IMG/VR virus record: IMGVR_UViG_3300043446_001144
Location: 1-64,000 of that record
Direction: 5' to 3' (one strand)
Source: a virus
DNA: 64,000 bases
Part shown: positions 35,578-44,146 of the stretch, piece after piece
How positions within the stretch are numbered: the stretch's first letter is position 1
How the letters are laid out: each line of letters begins with the position of its first letter
Notes under the pieces: model-generated
Told to the model about the DNA's origin: nothing
Seen by the model: only the letters and a program-made list of their open reading frames with translations
Database searches by the model: none
Made by a program: the position numbers and the translations under genes

Positions 35578-38216
35578 TATTTACTCCCCATTACACTGTA
35601 AGTATCGTCTGTTTCTAAATATTCTTTTACTCTTTTTGCAAATTTAATTGCTTCATCTTCAGATGCTTGTTGGATATTAAGTGTAACATTTACAGTGCGG
35701 TTTCCAATGACTTGACCAGAAGAGACTCCAGATACGGAGGCACCAAAACCTGTTCTTCCTCCACCTTTTGGACCTCTATTGTAGTTAAATTGATACGGAC
35801 TTTTTCTTTCTTCTCCACCAACCCAAGCAGAAGCGCGTATAGCATCAAACGATTGTTGAAAACTAGACCCGGAACGTAAAGAATTTAATATTGCAGTGTA
35901 TCCTCTTTGGTCCGCACGATTACCGGTCAAAGTTGCAAGAGTTGCTTCCAATCCTTCTGAAGAAGTTCCATACATTTTTACGCCAGCACTGTTCATGGAT
36001 TGAGCACCTGGACGACTTAAGGTTGTGTTTAGCGGATTGTTCCAACGACCCCATTTATCTCCGCTTTCAAAGCGAATCCATTCCGACATTGCATAAATAT
36101 TGTCTTTTGTATGCGGAGCGTTAATGGACGTAAGGAAAGACTTAATCCACTCTTGTTTACCACCAGACGGATTTACTCCCGTTGCTGAATAGTTTGTAGA
36201 CTTTGGAGTTGCGCCTGTAGTTGCTGAAGAAGGGGAATATGAAAGAAGTGAGTTTGCGTTACCAAATGGGGAACTCAGTAACTCTTGTGGATTTACTGGA
36301 TTATTAGAGCCTTTACGAACTTCAAAGTGAAGGTGCGGTCCAGTAACGTTTCCTGTGTCTCCCGATTTGCCAATTACTTGACCTTTTCTAACTCTATCTC
36401 CAGGTTTTACAAGTGCTTGACTTAAGTGACCATAAAGAGTTTGGAACCCGTTCTCGTGGTCAATTTGAACTGTAATTCCGTATTCATATCCTGGAGCATC
36501 GTCCATAACAATACCGTCAAGGGCTGCTTGAACATCACTACCAATTGGCATTGGGTAATCTTGACCTGTATGTGAGTTGTTTGAACCGCTCCAAATACCA
36601 CTTGTGTCTTTAGCACCAAAGCCAGTTGTAGGAGCAACTCCGGGAGCAGGAGACTGTGCTCCACCGCCCTTTGCACCAAAAGATGCCCCAAAGCCTGTGG
36701 TTCCTCCACCTTTTCCTCCACCTAGTTTGTAACCAGCCATATGTGTTGCCCCACCTACAAGGGCACCAACCACAGCGCCTGGTACGGCGCCCACTCCTGC
36801 TACAGGTGCACCTGCCATTGCTCCCGTCACCGCTCCGGCTCCTATTGACGTTAGTAAACCTGTCTTGTCTAATTCACCATCTTTTGCGTCAAAGTAACCG
36901 CTTGCACCTGAGATTACTAACCCTAATCCAGGGATAAATCTTGCTGCGCCCTTTGCACCTGCTTTAGCACCTGTTGCTCCAGCAGTTTTTAGGAGAGCAC
37001 GAGCACCTACTGCGCTAGTTAATCCTCCAACTGCCATTCCTAATCCGCCAAGTAATGCGCCAGCACCTGCACCGACATTTGAATTAGAAAGTGTTTGAAG
37101 AGTTGCTTTAAATTCAAACATGGCATCTGGAAGTTTTTCCATTGCTTTATTGACATCTTCAATTACATCAGCCGCTCTTTCAAAGCCCTTTATCATTGGC
37201 TCTGTTGCTCTTTCCATCAAAGCAGTCTGAGATGTGGCTATCTGCATTTGAGCGGCTATTGGGTTATTTGCACCCTGCATTGTGGCAAGGTTAAACCCTT
37301 TTCCTTCAGCAAAGTTTCCTGCTGCATTTATAAATAACTCTTGTTGAGTTTCGCTAAATCCAAGTTTTCTTAAATCTGCGCCTAAAAATCCTGAACGAAC
37401 ATCGGTCATTACCTGCTCACGTGTAATGCCTTTTTGTCCACCATACGCACGGTTATAAATTTGCCGTGCAATTTGTTCAAACGATAGGTCTTTTCCTGTA
37501 CGTGGGTCTGATGTAAAAATCCCATATTGAGAGAGATTTCCTGACATAGGACCCGTGCCCAACCCACCGAGTGCCTCTGCAGCAACTGGGTTAGCGATAT
37601 TCAAGTAACGAGCAGCACCACCAATTTCTCTGACACGCATATTGAACGCGGCTGAGTTAGGTGCGTAACGGTAACCTTGAACAAGCATCGCAGCCGCGGC
37701 AGCGTCATCTCCTGCGCCTGTAATGCCGCCTGCTAAACCACTGAACGTGGCTTGACGGAGCCTTTGTTGATTGACTCCACCCATAACAGCAGCACCATAA
37801 AAGCCTGCTGCACGACCAAGAACTGCGCCTGTGTCTGGCGTCGCGGAGTATCCAGCAGCACCAACTGCAAGACCTGCTTGGGCTCCAAACTTTAGCCCTA
37901 TCATGGTCTTGCTATAGAGCCACGGCATTTTTGTAGTTCCTGCTTGTTCTTTTTGAACAGCAGAAGATGCTTGAGCGCCCTTTACACCACTGGCACCTTT
38001 TTGCACATCATCAGAGAATGATGCAGAGTCATCAAATAGTTTGTTACTACTGCCAAGGTTTCCCGACATACTCTTAATAGAGGCTGCCAGACCTTTTACA
38101 CCCTTAGAGTGCCCCACTATGTTTTTAAGAAGACGAGAAGTGCTGCCCAGTTCTTTGTTTAGGGCAGTAACAGCAGCAGACAAGTTCTTTACACTTGTCA
38201 CCATGTTTAGGTTCAA
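35577..38216 (-). CDS. Tape measure protein with M23 peptidase and a C-terminal lysozyme-like domain
   Basis: Ala/Gly-rich helices; HTGQD, YGHL, GPHLHFEV; WIRFESG...NNPLNTT; AAGGAG RBS before TTG 38216. Confidence 0.85.
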   Translation of the reverse strand: MNLNMVTSVKNLSAAVTALNKELGSTSRLLKNIVGHSKGVKGLAASIKSMSGNLGSSNKLFDDSASFSDDVQKGASGVKGAQASSAVQKEQAGTTKMPWLYSKTMIGLKFGAQAGLAVGAAGYSATPDTGAVLGRAAGFYGAAVMGGVNQQRLRQATFSGLAGGITGAGDDAAAAAMLVQGYRYAPNSAAFNMRVREIGGAARYLNIANPVAAEALGGLGTGPMSGNLSQYGIFTSDPRTGKDLSFEQIARQIYNRAYGGQKGITREQVMTDVRSGFLGADLRKLGFSETQQELFINAAGNFAEGKGFNLATMQGANNPIAAQMQIATSQTALMERATEPMIKGFERAADVIEDVNKAMEKLPDAMFEFKATLQTLSNSNVGAGAGALLGGLGMAVGGLTSAVGARALLKTAGATGAKAGAKGAARFIPGLGLVISGASGYFDAKDGELDKTGLLTSIGAGAVTGAMAGAPVAGVGAVPGAVVGALVGGATHMAGYKLGGGKGGGTTGFGASFGAKGGGAQSPAPGVAPTTGFGAKDTSGIWSGSNNSHTGQDYPMPIGSDVQAALDGIVMDDAPGYEYGITVQIDHENGFQTLYGHLSQALVKPGDRVRKGQVIGKSGDTGNVTGPHLHFEVRKGSNNPVNPQELLSSPFGNANSLLSYSPSSATTGATPKSTNYSATGVNPSGGKQEWIKSFLTSINAPHTKDNIYAMSEWIRFESGDKWGRWNNPLNTTLSRPGAQSMNSAGVKMYGTSSEGLEATLATLTGNRADQRGYTAILNSLRSGSSFQQSFDAIRASAWVGGEERKSPYQFNYNRGPKGGGRTGFGASVSGVSSGQVIGNRTVNVTLNIQQASEDEAIKFAKRVKEYLETDDTYSVMGSK

Positions 38217-38377
38217 CCCGAACTCCTTATACTTCTCGCTTTGGCTAGTTCTAGCCAATTCTTCCGTTCTCTAGAAGACATTTCCTTAACTTCCGTTAAG
38301 GTCCAACTAGGATAAATTTCAGAGATTGCTGCCCATTCTGCAAATAGTCTTATATATGGAACGAGACTAGAAGCGAA
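38213..38377 (-). CDS. Start-less C-terminal tail-chaperone segment in the +1 frame
   Basis: FASSLVPYIRLFAEWAAISEIYPSWTLTEVKEMSSRERKNWLELAKARSIRSSG*; no canonical start before codon 33; its TGA overlaps the TMP TTG. Confidence 0.65.
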   Translation of the reverse strand, partial: FASSLVPYIRLFAEWAAISEIYPSWTLTEVKEMSSRERKNWLELAKARSIRSSG

Positions 38378-39176
38378 ACAACGTGCCCAAATTAACGGGA
38401 ACGGTTACCTCACTTTCACAGTCAGGACAAGCAATAGTCAAGTCCTCAAATTGAGGTCCTGCTGCTCTTTTGTTCATCTCTTCGGTAATTTTTCTGCGGT
38501 CAGCAACACCAAGATTTTGTACTTGACTCTTGCTTATTACATCTTTATCACCAATTCTTAATACAGTCTTTTCAAGAACAATTGTGTTCAACTCAGCACT
38601 GGTTTTATCAGAATTATTAATGAGTTCCTTCTGTACTTTGCCATTAGGAAGTTGAACGAGGATATCTCCACGCTTTCCTTCTACTGTAAAGATACGGTCA
38701 TCAATAGGATTTGCAAGAGTCTTTGTCTTGATATCGGTGTCGAGGTTCACTGATACCGTTTTTACTTCTTGACAACCGCTACAGTACGAAGGAATCTCCG
38801 TTTCTTTTCCAAAAGTTGCCTTAATAATGCCAAGAAGAAGAGCGTCACGGTCTCCTGCTAGAAGTTCATCAAGAACCTTTTCATCAGCCTTGATATCGCC
38901 AATTTTTACAGTGCCACGCTGTAGTACTGCAAGAAGTGCTTTACCCATACTGTTAGTTTTAGAGATAAACTCTTCATCTTTTCCAGTTAGTTCACGCACT
39001 TCGGCAGTACGGATGACCTCCCCAGCAGTGGTGATGTAACCGCCAGGGAGTTCAACTGTAGTATCCGAAGGTGCATTAATTTGAGGTTCATATGTTGCTG
39101 GCTCTTCTTGCAGAGCCTTCTGAATGATGTTATTTGCCAAAGCGGGATTAGCCGCTGCATTAATTGTGCTCGTCAT
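38367..39176 (-). CDS. Tail assembly chaperone (T4 gp26-like, Zn ribbon)
   Basis: VELPGG...VRELTGKDEE, GDRDALLL.I...TFG, CSGC, CPDC; lies between tube and TMP. Confidence 0.8.
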   Translation of the reverse strand: MTSTINAAANPALANNIIQKALQEEPATYEPQINAPSDTTVELPGGYITTAGEVIRTAEVRELTGKDEEFISKTNSMGKALLAVLQRGTVKIGDIKADEKVLDELLAGDRDALLLGIIKATFGKETEIPSYCSGCQEVKTVSVNLDTDIKTKTLANPIDDRIFTVEGKRGDILVQLPNGKVQKELINNSDKTSAELNTIVLEKTVLRIGDKDVISKSQVQNLGVADRRKITEEMNKRAAGPQFEDLTIACPDCESEVTVPVNLGTLFRF

Positions 39177-39188
39177 ATGAGTCCTTTA

Positions 39189-39812
39189 TTAGAAGTTTGG
39201 TGCTTGAGTTTCTAGGCCTGGTGCCCACTTTATGTCAAAACCCTCGTGTACAAGAGTCATTTGCTCAACAAAGAGTGCGTTGTCGCCTGCGTTGAGGTCA
39301 GAGTATGCCACAGAGGTAGGCCATGCGTTGTAAACCTTAAACCGCACAGCAGTATGGTCAGAAGAAGCCGCATTTGTGTCGTCTTCTCCTGCCTTTGGAA
39401 TTGGATGAGATAAAACCTGAATCTCTAGGTCGCAACGGAAGTTGTCTGTAATAGCACGAGTTGTTCCGTTACCTTGAACTGTTGCGAAGAGATTGCGCAT
39501 CCATTCCCAATTCTGGTCAGTGTTCAAAATAACGCCACGCTGCAATGTAATTGGAGCGAAGGTTGTTTGACCAGGAATTTGGTGAACGGTGGTGTTATAG
39601 CCACCTTCACGGTATGGGATAGAGTCTGTTGTAACAGCCATGCCTGATACAGAGGTAAACCCAAAAGTTGTTGCACGCTGACCTGAAAGTTTAGCGAGCG
39701 TTGGATTTGCTGCTCCAGCAGCATTTGGCTGTGGGAAGAACGTGACTAGAAACCGAAAGTTTCTAATCGGGTCGCTGATTAAATTCGACCTAGGGTTAAT
39801 TACTGTTGCCAT
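39189..39812 (-). CDS. Tail tube protein (T4 gp19-like)
   Basis: DPIRNFRFLV, GFTSVSG, YREGG, ITLQRG, YNAWP...DLNA...E..TL.HEG. Confidence 0.95.
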   Translation of the reverse strand: MATVINPRSNLISDPIRNFRFLVTFFPQPNAAGAANPTLAKLSGQRATTFGFTSVSGMAVTTDSIPYREGGYNTTVHQIPGQTTFAPITLQRGVILNTDQNWEWMRNLFATVQGNGTTRAITDNFRCDLEIQVLSHPIPKAGEDDTNAASSDHTAVRFKVYNAWPTSVAYSDLNAGDNALFVEQMTLVHEGFDIKWAPGLETQAPNF

Positions 39813-39833
39813 TTATTTTGTTTCTCCTTCGGA

Positions 39834-41345
39834 TTAGTTCACAGTCTTTTGACTGAGGTCGATGACAATGAACTCTGCTGGGTACTGCAAAGCCACACCC
39901 ACTTGGATGTGTACTTCACCATTTGCAATTTGAGCGGCTGTGTTGTTTTCAGCGTCGCACTTGATAAAGTACGCTTGGTCGCTGGTTGCACCACGTAAAC
40001 CACCCTGTCCTCGATATTGCTCAAGGAACGTTCCAATACGGCTTCTAATCTGAGCCCAAAGACGTTCGTCATTGTTCTCAAAAATAGCGAATTGAGTAAG
40101 ATTCTTCAGATTCTTTGTAATGAAGATAAGCGAACGACGCATGTTTACGTACTTGTTTGCTGTGCCATCTTGTAGGAGTGTACGAGCACCCATTACAGAA
40201 AGGCCTCCACCAGGAATTTGACGAATTGGGTTAACTGGAGTTGTAGATGCGTTCATGCTATCTAGTTCAGATGAGGTAAATGAACGCTCCATTGCAACAG
40301 CGCCTTGAACAGAGGTCCTAATACCTGCTGGAGCCTTAAAGACTCCTTGATTAGCATCGGTGTTTAAGAACAAGCCTGCAACTGATGCAGATGGTCCAAT
40401 TTTACGAAGAGAACCGGCTCCACGTCCTAGAGGGTCAGCAATGTAGATGTGTGGGTAGTACACCGCAGCATAACTTGTGTCTGCAAATGCAGCCGATGCG
40501 CTAATCGCTTGTGAAACAGTTAAGTTTTCTGCCGTTTCAATCACTACAAATGAATTGTTTGCTGCTGCCCAAGAAGTTGCGGCGTCATAAACAGCGGTTT
40601 CTCCAGAAGCGAGACTCTTCCATAGGTCAGGAAGAAACACTACAAGTGGACGGTCAAGAGAAGAGAACTCGTTGAACACTGAAGCACCTGTTGATTGATA
40701 CGAGGTGTAGTCAGTTGAGGCTACTGTTGAACCGTTACTTCCACCAGATAGTGGGTAAACGTTTGCTACAGGAGTTCCTGCAGCGCTGTTACTGATTAAA
40801 ATGTATGAAGAGACAAGGTTTACAACAGTTTCTGCGAAGTCTGTTGAAGTAGAGTCGTCAAAAACAACGTTCTCATAACGTTCAAGAAGAACGTCATCTG
40901 TAACCACGCTAGCAGTTCCAGTCAGTCCTTCTTTGTAAACGGTAATCGTGTAAGTATTTGCGACTGTTCCTGTTTCACTTGTAATGCGAAGGTTGTTTCC
41001 GTCGCTTCCTTTGTTTTTTGCAGTAATAGTTGCGACAACTGCTGCTCCTGATGTTACTAGGTCAACAGATGCAGCAACTGCATTTGATGCCAAAATGCGC
41101 TTAACGTAAAGTTCACGTCCGCCATTTTGAAAGAAGGTACTGACGCCAAATGTCGCTGGGTAGATTACGTTGTAACCCCCAAAGTATTTGACGAACTCGT
41201 ACCAAGAGGTAACAAGTGTCACTGCTTCTGGACCTTGTGCAAAAGGTGCCACAATTGCGCCAGCAGCGTTTGCAGACACTCCTGTTGGAAGTGGTGCTGG
41301 TAGAAGACGTTCACTAATGTAAACGCCAGGACGGCTATAAGCCAT
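39834..41345 (-). CDS. Contractile tail sheath protein
   Basis: RPGVYISE, FFQNGG, AAVYYP, GVFKAPAG, GARTL, FENND..LW, PAEFIVI. Confidence 0.96.
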   Translation of the reverse strand: MAYSRPGVYISERLLPAPLPTGVSANAAGAIVAPFAQGPEAVTLVTSWYEFVKYFGGYNVIYPATFGVSTFFQNGGRELYVKRILASNAVAASVDLVTSGAAVVATITAKNKGSDGNNLRITSETGTVANTYTITVYKEGLTGTASVVTDDVLLERYENVVFDDSTSTDFAETVVNLVSSYILISNSAAGTPVANVYPLSGGSNGSTVASTDYTSYQSTGASVFNEFSSLDRPLVVFLPDLWKSLASGETAVYDAATSWAAANNSFVVIETAENLTVSQAISASAAFADTSYAAVYYPHIYIADPLGRGAGSLRKIGPSASVAGLFLNTDANQGVFKAPAGIRTSVQGAVAMERSFTSSELDSMNASTTPVNPIRQIPGGGLSVMGARTLLQDGTANKYVNMRRSLIFITKNLKNLTQFAIFENNDERLWAQIRSRIGTFLEQYRGQGGLRGATSDQAYFIKCDAENNTAAQIANGEVHIQVGVALQYPAEFIVIDLSQKTVN

Positions 41346-41378
41346 GATTTCTCCTAACTAGGTTGAATGGGGACCAGA

Positions 41379-42020
41379 TTATTCCGTAATAGTGAACGAA
41401 TCGATGGGGGTGAGCGAGTTGACGTTCGCGCCAATAGCGTGAACTTCTTTTACCTTATAGAATGAGTCGAGTAATGCCGGTGCAATCTCGCTAGAAATAC
41501 GCACCGTGAAAGCGTTTACGAATAAACGTTTTCCTGCTTCTGATATATCTCTTTTGGAGATATCCAGAACATCTAAACGACGGACTGTGTCATCGTCCGT
41601 TTGAAGACTTCCAAATCTGAGTGGAAGACGTGTTCTTACTAATTGCGCAAGAATTTCTCTGTCATGACGTGGTTGACGAGAGTAAACCGTGACTTGATAG
41701 TCAATGTTTACAGGGATAGGGAAGTTGATAAGCCAGTTATGGTCATCGTCAATCCATGGATTACCATCAACTGTTTCTGGGTTATCTAAGTAAGCAGGTT
41801 TGACTAAACCACGCATGGCACGTGTGACATCCTCTGAAATATCAATCATATCGATGGTGATGTAAGGATATTTTTGGTCACGTAATTCTTGGTCAGGTTG
41901 TCCAAACCATACCTCTACCTTGCGGTGAGACACGTTGGAATCATCTGACTTTTGGTCGGTCACTGTGATGCCCTTGAGAAGGTCACGTAGAGCGTTATCT
42001 TCAGATAAAAGGAAGGTCAT
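41379..42020 (-). CDS. Tail terminator/completion protein
   Basis: Position before sheath; YPYITID...PVNIDYQV. Confidence 0.65.
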   Translation of the reverse strand: MTFLLSEDNALRDLLKGITVTDQKSDDSNVSHRKVEVWFGQPDQELRDQKYPYITIDMIDISEDVTRAMRGLVKPAYLDNPETVDGNPWIDDDHNWLINFPIPVNIDYQVTVYSRQPRHDREILAQLVRTRLPLRFGSLQTDDDTVRRLDVLDISKRDISEAGKRLFVNAFTVRISSEIAPALLDSFYKVKEVHAIGANVNSLTPIDSFTITE

Positions 42021-42328
42021 TCAATACCACCTGTTAGATGAGCCATACGACGTACAAAGAAAGCCTCCACCTGACCAGTGCGGTTTGCCATGCGGCGAAG
42101 AGCAGCAGTTGGTTGAGTATCAGGAGTTCCGTATTCGAGGTTCATAGCCTCAGCACGATGGGCTTTATGAACATTTACATTAAAAGAATCATCAACACTA
42201 ATAGAGCGAACGATATGTTCAGGCCATCCGCTTGCTCGCGCCTCCGTGCGCATGAGAGCAGACATATATTTGGAAGACTCTCTACTGGCCTGCTTTATGG
42301 CGTTGCTGTAAGGATTGTTATGAGTCAC
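42017..42328 (-). CDS. Neck/HK97-gp10-like protein
   Basis: LEYGT...P.A.LR motif. Confidence 0.6.
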   Translation of the reverse strand: MTHNNPYSNAIKQASRESSKYMSALMRTEARASGWPEHIVRSISVDDSFNVNVHKAHRAEAMNLEYGTPDTQPTAALRRMANRTGQVEAFFVRRMAHLTGGIE

Positions 42329-42498
42329 TTCTTTTTACCCTTCGCAGCGACTTTGCCACCGACATAGCCTGCGATAAGGGCAGTAACAATAGGTTGTCTT
42401 TCTTTTGGACGAAAGCCAAATACGCCGCGAATGAATTCTTCGCGTTCATGCGTAGAGTGAATCTCTGCGGCTTTCCTATACCAAGGCACATGTGCCAT
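42325..42498 (-). CDS. 57-aa hypothetical protein (absent from ORF track)
   Basis: MAHVPWYRKAAEIHSTHEREEFIRGVFGFRPKERQPIVTALIAGYVGGKVAAKGKKK; AAAGGGG RBS; GTGA overlap. Confidence 0.7.
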   Translation of the reverse strand: MAHVPWYRKAAEIHSTHEREEFIRGVFGFRPKERQPIVTALIAGYVGGKVAAKGKKK

Positions 42499-42569
42499 TT
42501 CTATCCCCTTTATCGCAAGTAGTGGGTGCTACACGGAGTCCGCACGGATTTCCGATAAGGCTAGGATAG

Positions 42570-42595
42570 AGAAAAGGCCCCGGTTAAGGGGCCTT
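42570..42595 (-). terminator. Intrinsic terminator closing the microprotein array
   Basis: AAGGCCCC-UUAACC-GGGGCCUU followed by UUCUCU. Confidence 0.8.
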
Positions 42596-42600
42596 AACTT

Positions 42601-42885
42601 TTACTTCTTTTCTTTCTTCTCACGCTTTTCTTCGGCTTTTTCGCCCTTCTTGCCTTCCTTTTTTTCGTGAGTCTTTTCTTTCTTTTTAATGCCCTTAATA
42701 ATTTTTTTATCAATCTTTACATCTTCTTGAAGAGTCTTTGGCTTCTTCTTTTTGCCGTGGGCTTTGTCTTTCTTTTCGAACTCTTCTTTCTCTTCCTTGT
42801 CGAGTCCAGCCTTTTTGGTCAAATAAGAGTCCATCTTTTCGTCAGACTTCTTGGTGTACTTGCCCTTCATAGGTGGTTTTTTCAT
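42601..42885 (-). CDS. Lys/Glu-rich microprotein
   Basis: 94 aa, extremely K-rich; TAATG coupling. Confidence 0.7.
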   Translation of the reverse strand: MKKPPMKGKYTKKSDEKMDSYLTKKAGLDKEEKEEFEKKDKAHGKKKKPKTLQEDVKIDKKIIKGIKKKEKTHEKKEGKKGEKAEEKREKKEKK

Positions 42886-43085
42886 TACATACCACGCTTT
42901 CTTGGCATCGCCTGTTTCTTAGCCTTAGCCTGTGAAACAGCCTTCTTAATTTGAGGCCTGTTTTTATCAGCAGCGGCCTTGCCTTGCTTACCAGCACGCA
43001 AAGTTGCTAAGTCAGCAGCATCAATCTTGTTCTTGTTGCCAGCAAGTGCAGCAATCTTCTTCTGCTTAGGAGATAGTTCTTTCAC
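42885..43085 (-). CDS. Basic microprotein (LSPKQKKIA...NKIDAADL motif)
   Basis: GTGA coupling. Confidence 0.7.
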   Translation of the reverse strand: MKELSPKQKKIAALAGNKNKIDAADLATLRAGKQGKAAADKNRPQIKKAVSQAKAKKQAMPRKRGM

Positions 43086-43204
43086 TTTTTGCCTTTCTTC
43101 TTTGCAGCCTTCTTTTTTGTCTTAGCGTACTTTTTATTAGCAGCGGCTAAAGTTTTTTCACCATGCTTGTCCTTCGGGCGCATGCAGCCACATGTTGAAC
43201 ACAT
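43082..43204 (-). CDS. 40-aa basic microprotein starting MCSTCGC (absent from ORF track)
   Basis: MCSTCGCMRPKDKHGEKTLAAANKKYAKTKKKAAKKKGKK. Confidence 0.7.
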   Translation of the reverse strand: MCSTCGCMRPKDKHGEKTLAAANKKYAKTKKKAAKKKGKK

Positions 43205-43206
43205 GG

Positions 43207-43278
43207 TTACTTACAGCACTTGCACTTGCAGGATTTAGTCTTGCATTTACCTTTTTTACATCCACATGTAGCACACAT
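43207..43278 (-). CDS. 23-aa metallothionein-like peptide (absent from ORF track)
   Basis: MCATCGCKKGKCKTKSCKCKCCK (8 Cys, 8 Lys); TAATG coupling. Confidence 0.7.
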   Translation of the reverse strand: MCATCGCKKGKCKTKSCKCKCCK

Positions 43279-43427
43279 TACTTCTTACCTGCTTTCTGTT
43301 TTGTTGGTTTTGCAATCTTGTTCCTGCCTGAACGGTCGGGAACACAATTAGGTACTTTACGACCATTCTTCATCTTCATGCCAACCTGGACATAGCCATC
43401 CCAGCATGGGTCAGACTTTTTAGCCAT
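43278..43427 (-). CDS. 49-aa basic microprotein with CWxGY...VPNCVP motif
   Basis: ATG 43427 overlaps the upstream stop; motif recurrent in phage proteins. Confidence 0.75.
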   Translation of the reverse strand: MAKKSDPCWDGYVQVGMKMKNGRKVPNCVPDRSGRNKIAKPTKQKAGKK

Positions 43428-43650
43428 TCTTATTTTCCTTCTTGTGAGGGTTACCTTTGTGCCAGTCCTTAACGGCTTTGACACCCTGCTTAATTGTCTT
43501 AGACCCACCCTTTTTAGTCAGGTTAATTTTATCCCACTTGCCAGCCTTAGCCTTGGCTTCGTGGTCAACGACCACATCTCCCTTGCTGTTCTTTTTAACA
43601 GTGTGCTTAATCCCTTGAACTTTAATGGTCTTTGATTTTTCTTTTTTCAC
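43420..43650 (-). CDS. Basic microprotein
   Basis: GTGA coupling; K-rich. Confidence 0.7.
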   Translation of the reverse strand: MKKEKSKTIKVQGIKHTVKKNSKGDVVVDHEAKAKAGKWDKINLTKKGGSKTIKQGVKAVKDWHKGNPHKKENKNG

Positions 43651-43829
43651 GGAACCACTTTCTTACGATGAGTGTAACGAATGGGAGGTTTTGGCTTACG
43701 AACATAGCCGCCACGCTTTTTGCGCAACTTGGCTCCACCTGATTCGTACTTGCCCTCTGTAAGAGTGGTACGAACCTGTTTTTGAGGTGCTTTCCCTGCA
43801 CGAGCACCAGGTGATTTTTTACGACGCAT
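43647..43829 (-). CDS. Arg/Lys-rich microprotein
   Basis: TAATG coupling. Confidence 0.7.
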   Translation of the reverse strand: MRRKKSPGARAGKAPQKQVRTTLTEGKYESGGAKLRKKRGGYVRKPKPPIRYTHRKKVVP

Positions 43830-44008
43830 TACTTCTTCTTTTTAGACATTCCCGCTTCGCTCATGGCGATAGCAACAGCCTGCTTGCGTGACTTAACTAC
43901 AGGTCCCTTACCTGGACCTTTCTTACCCGATTTTAGTTTGCCGGATTTGTACTCACGCATAACTTTTTCAACTTTTCCTTTTTGCTTTGACGTTGCTTTT
44001 TTTGCCAT
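43829..44008 (-). CDS. 59-aa basic protein, DUF6496-like (absent from ORF track)
   Basis: KVEKVMREYKSGKLKSG...VKSRKQAVAIAMSEAG. Confidence 0.8.
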   Translation of the reverse strand: MAKKATSKQKGKVEKVMREYKSGKLKSGKKGPGKGPVVKSRKQAVAIAMSEAGMSKKKK

Positions 44009-44145
44009 TACTCTTCCTCTTCTACTAGTTCTTCTTCATCCCAAACATGGTCATCATATTCTTCTTCCTCTAAAGATTCATAGTCAAAATCTTCTTCAAA
44101 CAGAGTAGGGTCAATTTCTGGCTCAAAACTTTCCATATTAGACAT
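44008..44145 (-). CDS. Hyper-acidic microprotein (absent from ORF track)
   Basis: (MSN)MESFEPEIDPTLFEEDFDYESLEEEEYDDHVWDEEELVEEEE; 23 D/E, no K/R. Confidence 0.7.
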   Translation of the reverse strand: MSNMESFEPEIDPTLFEEDFDYESLEEEEYDDHVWDEEELVEEEE

Positions 44146-44146
44146 G

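Noticed and set aside
30122-41345. Stand-alone extracellular contractile injection system or tailocin
   Set aside because: The tail genes resemble CIS components, but portal, scaffold, capsid and replication genes on the same contig make this a phage.
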